32,000 bases of DNA. It comes from Thermofilum adornatum. Lineage in GTDB: Archaea > Thermoproteota > Thermoprotei > Thermofilales > Thermofilaceae. The notes beneath the pieces are model-generated. The model worked only from the letters and a program-made list of their open reading frames with translations. It was not told the DNA's origin and searched no databases. The stretch spans positions 120,001 through 152,000 of the forward strand of contig NC_022093.1 in NCBI RefSeq assembly GCF_000446015.1, given 5' to 3'. Shown in pieces: positions 17,613 to 26,059 of this stretch. Within the stretch, counting starts at the first letter, position 1; every line of letters begins with the position of its first letter. The translations under genes and the position numbers were made by a program.

Positions 17613-17789
17613 AGGAATATATGTTTTTCGTTTTTCATATTAAAACAAATACATAATGTCGCGGAAATCTAAAAAATTATGAAAAGTTTTTACTCTGAAG
17701 AGGCAACACCCCAAAGCGCAATGCGTCGTACATGCATACGTCGTAGAACCAACCGCATACTATGTATTCAGTCCTTGAGATGCGTGCGC

Positions 17790-18041
17790 TTAATCTGGGT
17801 CTGGGAGTTCTAGACTTTGAAGTACATCTGACACCAGTATACTGTTTTCGTCATAGTCTTTGTTTGTATAGTGGTCTGAAAACTCCTCCTGGAAGACATG
17901 TGGGTCAACCCTCTTACCCTTAACAGGGCCACAAGGCTGAGTCTCATTAACCATTCTTCTTGAGTTCTCGTCGAGAGCCTTTTCATCCTTAACCCAGCTA
18001 ACCTCAAGGCTTCGGAGAGGTAGAGCAACAGGTTGAATCAT
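17790..18041 (-). CDS. orphan small acidic hypothetical protein (possibly a gene remnant)
   Basis: This is the only ORF over 60 codons in the 690-bp gap (apart from a 72-codon minus-strand ORF in another frame that lies entirely inside it). It runs 83 codons from ATG 18041; the track starts it at TTG 18044. No recognisable motif, no convincing TATA or SD. Composition is coding-like compared with its AT-rich flanks. Confidence 0.25.
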   Translation of the reverse strand: MIQPVALPLRSLEVSWVKDEKALDENSRRMVNETQPCGPVKGKRVDPHVFQEEFSDHYTNKDYDENSILVSDVLQSLELPDPD

Positions 18042-18274
18042 CAACTAACGCATAGCGACTGTGGAACATTACCGTATCATTGACGAGAGGCGTTAATACG
18101 TAATCTTCTATAGCTCGTGCTAGGAAAAACCTAAGAGAAAAGTCTCACATAAGCTTCTAGTATGTGCTTCTTATTTTTCATTTACGTAAACAAATTGTAT
18201 AAGAAAAATTTTGCCTTCTTTACGATTTGAATAGAGTAAGTTATATAAGTTTCTAAATATATTCATATAACGCT

Positions 18275-18892
18275 ATGCCGGAACAAGTCTTAGTAGTAGA
18301 CCCATTAGATACATGGTTAATGCTACTAGCAGCAACACTTTTCGCCGCCGCGGCATACATTTACTTCAACTTTGTAAAGCCCCTAAAAGAGCTCGAGCAG
18401 GCAAATAGAGGCTTCGGCGTCTTCTTTACATGTGTAGGCATTTATGCACTCGCCACAGGTGTTTGGGCAACAATTACGTGGCCTTTCCCTGGACCCTATA
18501 ACATTGTACTGATGGATCCATGGGCTATTTTTGGATTAGCCAGCCTTGTCCTCGGTTTGTCCCTGCTTCTCAAGATAGATTTCTCCTACACTTCTGTCCC
18601 GTTCGCCTTCCTAGGCATCTTGCCAGTTGTCCACGGCTTGGCTATCCTCAACTACAGATTAACAAAGACCCCAGAGTTTACTTTCCTAATGTACTTCCTT
18701 ACAGGCCTCTCTGTTCTCTTGTCCCCGATTCTATTCTACAAGAAGAACAAAACGATTGCATACATAGCTGTATTATTCCTCGTGATAGCTGGTCTTCTAG
18801 CTTTATACATTGGCGCAAATGCTACATTCGGCCACATTCCTGGATGGGGCAAGTGGTCTCCTTGGTACGGCGCAGTTAAAGTCGGAGGCTAA
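18275..18892 (+). CDS. integral membrane protein, ~6 TM (DUF981-like, from memory)
   Basis: 205 aa, strongly hydrophobic, with six predicted helices. Contains a conserved-looking WPFPGPYNIVLMDPW segment. A T-rich terminator directly follows the stop. Confidence 0.78.
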   Translation: MPEQVLVVDPLDTWLMLLAATLFAAAAYIYFNFVKPLKELEQANRGFGVFFTCVGIYALATGVWATITWPFPGPYNIVLMDPWAIFGLASLVLGLSLLLKIDFSYTSVPFAFLGILPVVHGLAILNYRLTKTPEFTFLMYFLTGLSVLLSPILFYKKNKTIAYIAVLFLVIAGLLALYIGANATFGHIPGWGKWSPWYGAVKVGG

Positions 18893-18899
18893 AAAAGTA

Positions 18900-18911
18900 T
18901 TTTTTCTTTTT
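18900..18911 (+). terminator. oligo-T terminator (TTTTTTCTTTTT) after the DUF981-like gene
   Basis: The T-rich run begins 8 nt after the stop at 18892. The complementary A6 at 18891-18896 would give a T-run for the convergent MFS gene. Confidence 0.4.
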
Positions 18912-20109
18912 ATTCTGTTTTTAGTGTTTCTTTTATATTTCTGCTTAAAGCAAGAGCTATTATTGAAAGAACGCTAAACACTGCTATGACAGTGAGTGGA
19001 TCAGGGTGAAATGTTGCGATGGACTGGTAGATTGCTACTCCTAGAAAGCCTATCATGTTTACAAATGAAAACGTTGTCCCCGAGTATTCGTGGTTGTATG
19101 CTTCACGTGCCATGGGCGATATTACCATGTGTGTAGAGGCTACGAGCCCGAGGACAAAGAATAATAAGAGTAGAAGGTTATAGGAAACATTCACAAGTAT
19201 TGGGAGAAAAGCGAGGACAAGCCAGAATATTGCATGCAGTAGACAGCAAGCCTGCAGGATGGGCTTCCTTCTCTTGAGAACCCTGTCACTTATGAATCCC
19301 ATCAAGGATACTCCTATTAGGAATGCTAGTGCAAGCATGAAAAGCAGGCTTGGCGTATCTTGTAGAGATTGTGGATAGTACTTCTTTATGTATATTGGTG
19401 CCCATAGTGACTGGAATGATAATATAGCGGAATATGAGCCGAGATACGCCATTCCAAGCGCTAGAGAGTGCGGGGACCTGACTACTACGCGTAGCTGCTG
19501 AAGCGTCTGTTTAAAGCCATCTTTTATGCTGTGGCTTGAGACTCCGTGGTCATTTATTGATACAAACGAGATTATTCCAACGAGGAAGGCAACTATTGAA
19601 AGAAAGAGAAGTGTGCCCGAGAGGCCGTATATGTTTATGAGTATTCTTATTGGAAGGGTCGCGAAGAGGGCCCCAAAGTTACCAACTGCCAGACCTATGC
19701 CGGTGAGTGTAGCTCCGAGGCTTTTATCTGCATATACGCCTATCACTCTCTGTATCGAGATCCAGACTGCCGATGCCCCGATGCCTACAAGCACACGTCC
19801 TGCCACTATTAGCCATGGATTTGGTATGGAAGATATGAGTGAGCCTAATCCTAGGGTAAACATGCTTATTGCTACGTATCTTTTTGCCCCAAGTGCGTCT
19901 GAGAAGACTCCAGAGGGCAGTTGCAGTGCGGCGTAGGCGTAGAAGTAAGCGGAGGCGACCATTGAGATGAATAGGGAGGGCTCGATTCCATTACTAGTAG
20001 CTATATTGGAGAGTTCTCCTTGGATAACGCCTGTGACTGTCCTGTGTATATAGACTAGGAAATAGGCTGTGTATAGGGCTACCAGTGACATGGCAAGCTT
20101 TTTGTCCAC
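18910..20109 (-). CDS. MFS transporter
   Basis: 399 aa with a ~12-TM pattern. MFS-like motifs: GVFSDALGAKRY (loop 2-3) and ISDRVLKRRK (loop 8-9). Start is GTG at 20109; an alternative ATG is at 20091. Confidence 0.83.
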   Translation of the reverse strand: MDKKLAMSLVALYTAYFLVYIHRTVTGVIQGELSNIATSNGIEPSLFISMVASAYFYAYAALQLPSGVFSDALGAKRYVAISMFTLGLGSLISSIPNPWLIVAGRVLVGIGASAVWISIQRVIGVYADKSLGATLTGIGLAVGNFGALFATLPIRILINIYGLSGTLLFLSIVAFLVGIISFVSINDHGVSSHSIKDGFKQTLQQLRVVVRSPHSLALGMAYLGSYSAILSFQSLWAPIYIKKYYPQSLQDTPSLLFMLALAFLIGVSLMGFISDRVLKRRKPILQACCLLHAIFWLVLAFLPILVNVSYNLLLLLFFVLGLVASTHMVISPMAREAYNHEYSGTTFSFVNMIGFLGVAIYQSIATFHPDPLTVIAVFSVLSIIALALSRNIKETLKTE

Positions 20110-20126
20110 ACGGTTCTAGGGTTTGC

Positions 20127-20155
20127 CTAATTAAAAAATTTTCATTTTTAATTAG
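20127..20155. promoter_or_regulatory. perfect 11-bp inverted repeat CTAATTAAAAA-N7-TTTTTAATTAG (promoter/terminator hairpin between two minus-strand genes)
   Basis: Read directly from the sequence. It lies 18-46 nt upstream of the MFS start (20109) and 19-47 nt downstream of the oxidoreductase stop (20174). Confidence 0.5.
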
Positions 20156-20173
20156 TAAAAAGTTGACTTTGTA

Positions 20174-21583
20174 CTAATGGTGATGATGCTTTTTCCATTC
20201 TCCTGGTTCATGCAGGTGGAAGAACGCCCTCTCCACTACCTCTGAGAGGGCTGGGTGTATATGCATGCCGTTGTAGATTGGCTCAGCACTTCCATCGGGG
20301 GTATACATTAGGTTTACTATTTCCTGTATCAGGATGGATGCTTCTGGGCCTATTATGTGGGCTCCAAGGATTCTGAATGTTTCCCTGTCAAGTATTACCT
20401 TTACGAAATAATCAGAAACCATCATGGCCTCTCCCTTTGCCGTCTCCTCGTAGCCGGCTATCCCTACAAGGATATCGTACTTCTTCATTGCCTCTTCTTC
20501 CCTCAAGCCAACACTTGCAACTTCTGGCTCTGTAAAGATTGCGTGTGGCACCGCGTCGTATCTGGCTTTAACCTCTTCGCCCTTGAAGGCATTCCTGTAG
20601 ACAATTATGCTTTCGTAGTTGGCCTTGTGCTTATACATCTGTTTGCCAGTAGCGTCACCGAAAGCCCATATACCTTCTTTAGACGTCTTTAGGTATTCGT
20701 CCACTATTATCCACCCCTTCTCGTCTGTCTTTACACCGGTTTTCTCTGGCTTAGTGATGTCGCTGTTCGAGGCTCTACCCGAGGCAACTAGTATCGCGTC
20801 TGCCTCGAGCTCGACGTTTTCGCCTGTAAGCTTGTTTTCGGCTACCACGATTTGTCTGTCTCCATTCTTCCTGAACTCGACCACCTCGTGGCGGGTCTTT
20901 ATTTCCATGTACCTGGATAGATCCCTCTGGAGCAACTCCGAGACTTCGGGTTCCTCTTCTTTTAGTATTCTCTCTCCCCTCTGGAGTATTGTTACCTGGC
21001 TACCCATCATAGCTAGGAAAAAGCCAAGCTCTAGCCCAACGAATCCCCCGCCTATAACGACTGTTTTCCGTGGCAGTTTTCTCAGTTCCCGAAAGAAATT
21101 GTCGTTCGTGTAGTATTTTACCTCGTCTATTCCTGGCACTCTAGGAACTGCTGGCTTAGAACCTGTACACAGCAACACTATTTCGCCCTCGATTTCTCTG
21201 CCCCCCACATCTACAGTATAGTCTCCCACGAATGTGCCATTTGTCTGGTATAGGTCTATGAGTGGATGATGCTTCAGGGAATGCTCTATCTCTTTACTTT
21301 CCTTGTAGATCCTTTTCCAGACCCTTTCCATTGTCCAAGCAAAGTCTGGGGGAGAATAGCTCACATTTATGCCGAACTTGTCTGCTTCCCTTATCCTCCT
21401 AATGTTCCGGGCAACCTCTATCAGCATCTTGGAGGGTATGCATCCACGGGTTAGGCATATCCCGCCAACCATGTCGTTTTCGATGACTGCGTAGCGGTAG
21501 CTCTGACCCTCATTTATTAGCTCAGAAACAATGTTCATGGCCGAGCCTGTACCAAAAACGATGACGTCGTAGTGTTTAGTCAT
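20174..21583 (-). CDS. class I FAD-dependent pyridine nucleotide-disulfide oxidoreductase (dihydrolipoamide dehydrogenase / mycothione reductase-like)
   Basis: 469 aa. Motifs: YDVIVFGTGSA (FAD GxGxxG/A); redox-active GGICLTRGCIPSK (CxxxxC); VVIGGGFVGLE (NAD(P)H site); C-terminal HIHPALSE interface dyad. Ends in KKHHHH. Confidence 0.85.
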   Translation of the reverse strand: MTKHYDVIVFGTGSAMNIVSELINEGQSYRYAVIENDMVGGICLTRGCIPSKMLIEVARNIRRIREADKFGINVSYSPPDFAWTMERVWKRIYKESKEIEHSLKHHPLIDLYQTNGTFVGDYTVDVGGREIEGEIVLLCTGSKPAVPRVPGIDEVKYYTNDNFFRELRKLPRKTVVIGGGFVGLELGFFLAMMGSQVTILQRGERILKEEEPEVSELLQRDLSRYMEIKTRHEVVEFRKNGDRQIVVAENKLTGENVELEADAILVASGRASNSDITKPEKTGVKTDEKGWIIVDEYLKTSKEGIWAFGDATGKQMYKHKANYESIIVYRNAFKGEEVKARYDAVPHAIFTEPEVASVGLREEEAMKKYDILVGIAGYEETAKGEAMMVSDYFVKVILDRETFRILGAHIIGPEASILIQEIVNLMYTPDGSAEPIYNGMHIHPALSEVVERAFFHLHEPGEWKKHHHH

Positions 21584-21628
21584 ATATGTTTCTGCTTTCT
21601 TGTCAATATATTTATTTATTGCATTTCT

Positions 21629-22561
21629 ATGGATATATTAATGTCCGGCCTAAAGGAAAAGGTTTGGAGGAAACTTCCTCTAATAATAATCCTGACAGTA
21701 GTAATTCTGGGAGTTGTTCTGGCAGTGTTTTCCCAGAGACAACCATTCACTAGCCTACAGCCTTATGTTGCCCAGATAACAATAACGGGGACAATAGACT
21801 ACTCTTCTTCCTCGATTCTAGGAACAACGACAGGAGTAGAGGAGTACATTAGACTCATAAAACAAGCAGAGGAAGACCCCCTAGCCAAGGCTGTCATCAT
21901 AGTATTCGACTCCCCAGGCGGAACATTCACCGCGTCCGACGACCTTTACCAGGCCGTAAAGAGCCTGGCCTCAAAGAAACTTGTCGTGGCCTATGCTAAG
22001 GGCCTCATGGCTAGCGGCGCATACATGGCCGCACTCCCCGCAAAAGTTATCTTGGCTAGCCCAACTAGTGAAGTAGGATCAGTTGGCGTAATCATGACTG
22101 TTCTCAACGTTGAAAACCTTCTTGGAAAACTAGGTATAACCGTCTACACATTTAAGTCTGGAACACTCAAGGACATTGGGTCCCCTTACAGGAATATGAC
22201 AGAGCAAGAAATAAAGATAATGAACGACTTTGTAAACTATTATTTCGAAATCTTCAAGGAAAGAGTGATAATGAATAGAGGAAAAGTCTCTGACGAAGTC
22301 TTCACGGGTCAACCGTTTACTCCAGTAAAAGCCAAAGAGGCAGGTCTAATAGATGACGTATGTACATATGAAGAAGCAGTCAACCGGACAAAGAGTTTAG
22401 CGGGTTTGCCCGAAGATGCGCCAGTAATAGAGCTTAAGCCGAGAACACCATCGCTCCTTGATATCCTGTTTGGCGCTTCTCAAGGGAGGAGCTCAATTAC
22501 TATTCCAAGCATTCTTGTCTTGGCGATGTGGCCTCCACCAGTCGCAATCGTTTTACCTTAA
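21629..22561 (+). CDS. sppA: signal peptide peptidase SppA (S49 family, 36K type)
   Basis: Track ORF starts at 21572, which overlaps the divergent gene's start. I prefer ATG 21629 (MDILMSGLKEK…), followed by one TM helix. S49 motifs: VIIVFDSPGG, catalytic-Ser context GLMASGAYMAA, Lys context GTLKDIGSPY. Confidence 0.85.
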   Translation: MDILMSGLKEKVWRKLPLIIILTVVILGVVLAVFSQRQPFTSLQPYVAQITITGTIDYSSSSILGTTTGVEEYIRLIKQAEEDPLAKAVIIVFDSPGGTFTASDDLYQAVKSLASKKLVVAYAKGLMASGAYMAALPAKVILASPTSEVGSVGVIMTVLNVENLLGKLGITVYTFKSGTLKDIGSPYRNMTEQEIKIMNDFVNYYFEIFKERVIMNRGKVSDEVFTGQPFTPVKAKEAGLIDDVCTYEEAVNRTKSLAGLPEDAPVIELKPRTPSLLDILFGASQGRSSITIPSILVLAMWPPPVAIVLP

Positions 22562-22577
22562 AGAAGATTCGAATAGC

Positions 22578-23990
22578 TCAGGCGACTATTTTTTCTGCTC
22601 TAGCTAGGGTCCATAGAGATGCAGTGAAAAATGCAAGGGACAATGCCCCGATAATGGTATTCTGGTTTAGGACTGAGATGAAGAGGCTTAGGGTGCTCCA
22701 TAGCAACATGTAGAAGGGATCTTTAGGCTTCTTTTCCTGTGTTTCTTTCTTTCCCTTCGGTGTCACTTCGTAACTGAGAGGGAGGCCAAGTAACCCTTTC
22801 AGGCTGTTCCAGGCAAGGGTAGGTGTAAGCGTTGTTAGTATGGCTGTGAATCTTCCGAGGTTTGTTATGGTTTGTTTTAGGCTGTATTTTTTCATGAGTC
22901 TCTGATAGAGATAATAGTATATAGGAAATATGAGAATGAAAGGCGACGACATGTATAGGATTTCTTCCAAGAACATGCCAAAAGTTATACGTTGTTCCAG
23001 TGCCCCTGCTATGGGTAAAAGGAGAAATGAAATAGAGACGGGGATTGTGAGAAGAGGCAGAGACATATAGGCGAGCATTTCTAGCCTCCTCCAAAAAGAC
23101 AGCTTGTGGCTTTTAATGAGTTTTAAGGCGGATCTCCTCAAGACGTCACTCGTGCCATATGCCCATCTTTTTTGTTGCGTCTTGAACGCAGCAAGCGTCG
23201 AGGGGACAAGAATCCTCAGAGACAGTTCTCCAAGCAGATGTGTATCATAGCCGTTTAGGGCAAGCTTAACCCCCATCCATATATCGTCTTGAATTATGTT
23301 GTCTCCCCAGCCGCCCACATCTAAGACAACGTTTTTGTCATAAATTGTTCCAGAGCCTAGAGGAAAAACAAAAAGGCCCGCCTGGCTCCTCATTCTGTAG
23401 AGGAGATCCGAGCCAAAATCTGTGAAAAACTTTACCGCGTGTGCTAGACGCGTCCCTCTTGTAAAGTAACCTTCCCATGGTATTACACTTGCTCCCCCGT
23501 TTTGGAGCCCTGTACAAATTTTTGTGGCAATTTCTAGTGTTGGTTCAGCGTCGACGTCTAGTATCAAGAAATGAGTGGCAGTAACATTTTTTAGATAGTC
23601 ATCTAGTGCGCCAGTTCTCCCGCCTCTACGGTCTGGCCTGTGGAATATGGATATGGGGAGGTCGTATCCCAGGGCTTCAGCTAGATTTCTTACGTAGTCG
23701 CTTGAGTCGTCTGAAAGTATAGTTAGGCGTGTGAAACAGGGGCTTGTCAGGAGGACTGCTGAGTTACGTCTTGTTTTTTCGACAACTAGTTCTATTGGCT
23801 CAGAATAGATTGGTACAACAGCTTCTAATGTGCCCCTAGAAGCCCTATGAATGTTGTTGTTTGCTTTGTTTCTTCTTCTGTTTGCAATAGCTAAAATAAG
23901 GGTCTCATACAAGAGGAGTAAAAGTATTGGAAATACTACCAAGAGCATGGCTATTGTGCTTAGAAGTGGTATCGCTGTGTAGCTTTCCAT
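22578..23990 (-). CDS. membrane-embedded family-2 glycosyltransferase with processive-synthase motifs (D, DxD, ED-like, QxxRW)
   Basis: Track ORF extends to 24122, overlapping the upstream gene by 106 nt. ATG at 23990 (MESYTAIPLL…) gives a 26-nt gap instead. Motifs: VVPIYSEP, ILSDDS, LILDVDAEP, IIQDDIWMG, KTQQKRWAYG. One N-terminal TM helix and ~4-5 C-terminal TM helices. Confidence 0.85.
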   Translation of the reverse strand: MESYTAIPLLSTIAMLLVVFPILLLLLYETLILAIANRRRNKANNNIHRASRGTLEAVVPIYSEPIELVVEKTRRNSAVLLTSPCFTRLTILSDDSSDYVRNLAEALGYDLPISIFHRPDRRGGRTGALDDYLKNVTATHFLILDVDAEPTLEIATKICTGLQNGGASVIPWEGYFTRGTRLAHAVKFFTDFGSDLLYRMRSQAGLFVFPLGSGTIYDKNVVLDVGGWGDNIIQDDIWMGVKLALNGYDTHLLGELSLRILVPSTLAAFKTQQKRWAYGTSDVLRRSALKLIKSHKLSFWRRLEMLAYMSLPLLTIPVSISFLLLPIAGALEQRITFGMFLEEILYMSSPFILIFPIYYYLYQRLMKKYSLKQTITNLGRFTAILTTLTPTLAWNSLKGLLGLPLSYEVTPKGKKETQEKKPKDPFYMLLWSTLSLFISVLNQNTIIGALSLAFFTASLWTLARAEKIVA

Positions 23991-24016
23991 AGGCCATGTC
24001 ACCACATAATAAATGG

Positions 24017-24688
24017 TTAGTCCTCGCTGGATACTGGCAGGTCTCTGTCTCTGGACTCTGCTATTTCTTTGGAGCGGAGAGTTCTCAGCAGGAGATCTAT
24101 CTGTTCGCCGAAGAATGCCCACAGCGAAAAGACGCCTATAAGGAGGCCGATGCCTATAGCTATTCCAATCGCTAGTGCCAGCTTTATTTCGCTACTGAGT
24201 GCTGCAAGGTCGATGAGGAGCAGGGTTATGAGGAGAAGACTTAGCATTGTGAAGAATCTTTCAGTTTTCCTTTCTAGCCTCATAGATTTGACCAATGCGT
24301 CGATAATTACAAAGGTAAGCATTGATAATACCACTACGCTACCGACCCTGTATATGTAAGCTATTAGGTCCCGATATGCCTGCGTGTATTCTGGGACAAA
24401 TATTCGAACCACAATTGCTGTGCTAGTGGCTATTACGCCTGCGTCTGCCAAGAAGATTATAAGGGAGTTTACCGGTATTCTTGTTCCTTCGGGGACAGCT
24501 CTCTTTACATAGTCTTCCAGCCTGCTTGTACGGACAAGCCAGTTAATTGCCTTGTTGAGAAGCTTTACAAAGAGGAGCGTTACAAAAATTACAAGCGTGG
24601 CGAGACCTGCCTTGGGAAAGAGTGACAAGATGTCTTCAAGGAGCTGACGGAGAAGCATAGTGATCTCTGCGTCCGACATGTCAACCAC
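24017..24688 (-). CDS. hypothetical polytopic membrane protein (~5 TM, charged C-terminal tail)
   Basis: 223 aa, GTG start at 24688 (alternative ATG at 24679). The start abuts or overlaps the upstream stop TGA (24681-24683), indicating translational coupling. I recognise no family motif. Confidence 0.7.
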   Translation of the reverse strand: MVDMSDAEITMLLRQLLEDILSLFPKAGLATLVIFVTLLFVKLLNKAINWLVRTSRLEDYVKRAVPEGTRIPVNSLIIFLADAGVIATSTAIVVRIFVPEYTQAYRDLIAYIYRVGSVVVLSMLTFVIIDALVKSMRLERKTERFFTMLSLLLITLLLIDLAALSSEIKLALAIGIAIGIGLLIGVFSLWAFFGEQIDLLLRTLRSKEIAESRDRDLPVSSED

Positions 24689-26012
24689 CGATTATTAGGA
24701 ATGCTAGCTTATAAATTATATATAAGAGCAAAGCCAGTGTCATCAAGGTTACTGCTTCAAAGAATGTTTTGAGGAATTCTTTAGAGGCTTGAACCGTGAA
24801 TGTGAAACCTGTGAGGCTAATAGAGTAGATTAGTCTGCTGAACTCGTACGCCTTTCTTCCTGGAATTATAGCGGTTTCAGGTATAGCAAGTAAGACTATT
24901 ATGACAGCTAGGAACTTGATGATAGCTGACAAAATGAGCCCTGTAAATGGATCCTTGACAAATATGTATGCAACCATCGAGGCTATGAGCAATCCTGTAT
25001 AGTTGCCGGCAACAAGAAATGCGGATGCCTTTATTCTTCCCATGCGTGCATTAACCTCAGCGAAAATCTGCATTGCGAGTAAGTTTGCAGCCATAAAGGT
25101 TAGAGATGTAAAGAACGATATCCCTACATGGGCATACGGGTAGCTGATAAATGGTATTAGTCCCGTCAGCAAAGTATTTGCAACTAGGCCAACCATATAT
25201 GACTTGTAGCCCCTAAACAGGAATGAGCCAAGAGTGCCTCCAATGTTCCCCGTTACACTCAGGGCGAGAGCTATATAGATAGGGGCGCCTAAGCTCTTTA
25301 GAAAAGGAGTCCACGACAATCCCACTAAGTTGCTACCGGCCAGCATGAATGTGAGAACCAGAAAAGCCGAGTGTCCTCTTACAATTACTTCGACCGGCGT
25401 CTCCTGCTGTTTCTCTACTATTTGAGAGGGAAACTTTGGGACAAGTATGAAGGCGAGAGAGCTTCCCAGGCCAATAACAAATGCCGCAAAGTAGGATATA
25501 ATGTAGCTTTGAGGGGGATTATAGACGTAGGAAACGAAGGTCATAAAGAGGGATCCAAGCAAGGAAGCAACTGCTCCAGCTGCTGATCTCCAGACTGAGA
25601 CATTTATCACGTCTTGTATAGATGAGAAATATGAGTAGATTAGTGCTCCAATGAAAATGCTTACCACTGCTGAGATAAGGTTTCCAAGCATGTAGGTAAA
25701 GGATATCAGCTCTATGTTGCCCAAGAGGAAAGGCAAGAGGAACCATACAACTCTTTCAGTCACATGTGTAGTGAAGGCCAGGAATTTGAATTTCCTTGTA
25801 AGGCTGTCGGAATACCTGTACAATATCAATGATAGAATAGACCCGCTTAGGCCTGTGGGCAAGAGTATGAGTGCCATGTTTCCTAGGCTGTACCCGCTAT
25901 ACGAGATCATTGGGATAAAGAGACCCCTAGTTATTGAGACGTAGAATCCTCCTAGGAATGCTTCTACAACTAGGAGTACCTTAGCAATATTTTCTTCTGG
26001 CGAAGACGACAC
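24681..26012 (-). CDS. hypothetical ~12-TM membrane protein (weakly MFS-like)
   Basis: 443 aa, GTG start. A TATA-like element (26029-26045) lies ~20-30 nt upstream. Hydrophobic throughout. The weak loop motif YRYSDSLTRKFK resembles the MFS loop 2-3 motif. Confidence 0.72.
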   Translation of the reverse strand: MSSSPEENIAKVLLVVEAFLGGFYVSITRGLFIPMISYSGYSLGNMALILLPTGLSGSILSLILYRYSDSLTRKFKFLAFTTHVTERVVWFLLPFLLGNIELISFTYMLGNLISAVVSIFIGALIYSYFSSIQDVINVSVWRSAAGAVASLLGSLFMTFVSYVYNPPQSYIISYFAAFVIGLGSSLAFILVPKFPSQIVEKQQETPVEVIVRGHSAFLVLTFMLAGSNLVGLSWTPFLKSLGAPIYIALALSVTGNIGGTLGSFLFRGYKSYMVGLVANTLLTGLIPFISYPYAHVGISFFTSLTFMAANLLAMQIFAEVNARMGRIKASAFLVAGNYTGLLIASMVAYIFVKDPFTGLILSAIIKFLAVIIVLLAIPETAIIPGRKAYEFSRLIYSISLTGFTFTVQASKEFLKTFFEAVTLMTLALLLYIIYKLAFLIIGG

Positions 26013-26059
26013 GTTAACTCATGTTCATGAATATTTATTAAAAGTTTTTAGGTTAGGAG

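Noticed and set aside
18061-18067. GTGGAAC resembling the core of a crenarchaeal origin recognition box, inside the AT-rich gap
   Set aside because: It occurs once, with no inverted partner and no orc1/cdc6 gene nearby. That is insufficient to call a replication origin.
20174-20188. HHHH terminus as a cloning or His-tag artefact
   Set aside because: There are only four His, encoded by mixed CAT/CAC codons. No linker, protease site or vector sequence is present, and native intergenic sequence follows. It looks genomic.
21572-21628. 19-codon extension of sppA (MFSHICFCFLVNIFIYCIS) and the 16-codon extension of sua5 (1891-1938)
   Set aside because: Both extensions lie within AT-rich promoter sequence, and the sppA one overlaps the divergent gene's start. 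Downstream in-frame starts give N-termini matching the respective families.
22574-22582. tRNA D-arm-like string TAGCTCAGG preceded by TTCGAAT
   Set aside because: There is no matching acceptor stem, anticodon arm or T-arm around it. It lies in the 16-nt spacer and 3' end of the GT2 CDS, so it is a chance resemblance.
23991-24122. N-terminal 44-codon extension of the GT2 ORF (MGILRRTDRSPAENSPLQRNSRVQRQRPAS…)
   Set aside because: It overlaps the upstream membrane-protein gene by 106 nt and is Arg/Ser-rich. The ATG at 23990 begins directly with the TM helix and leaves a normal 26-nt spacer.
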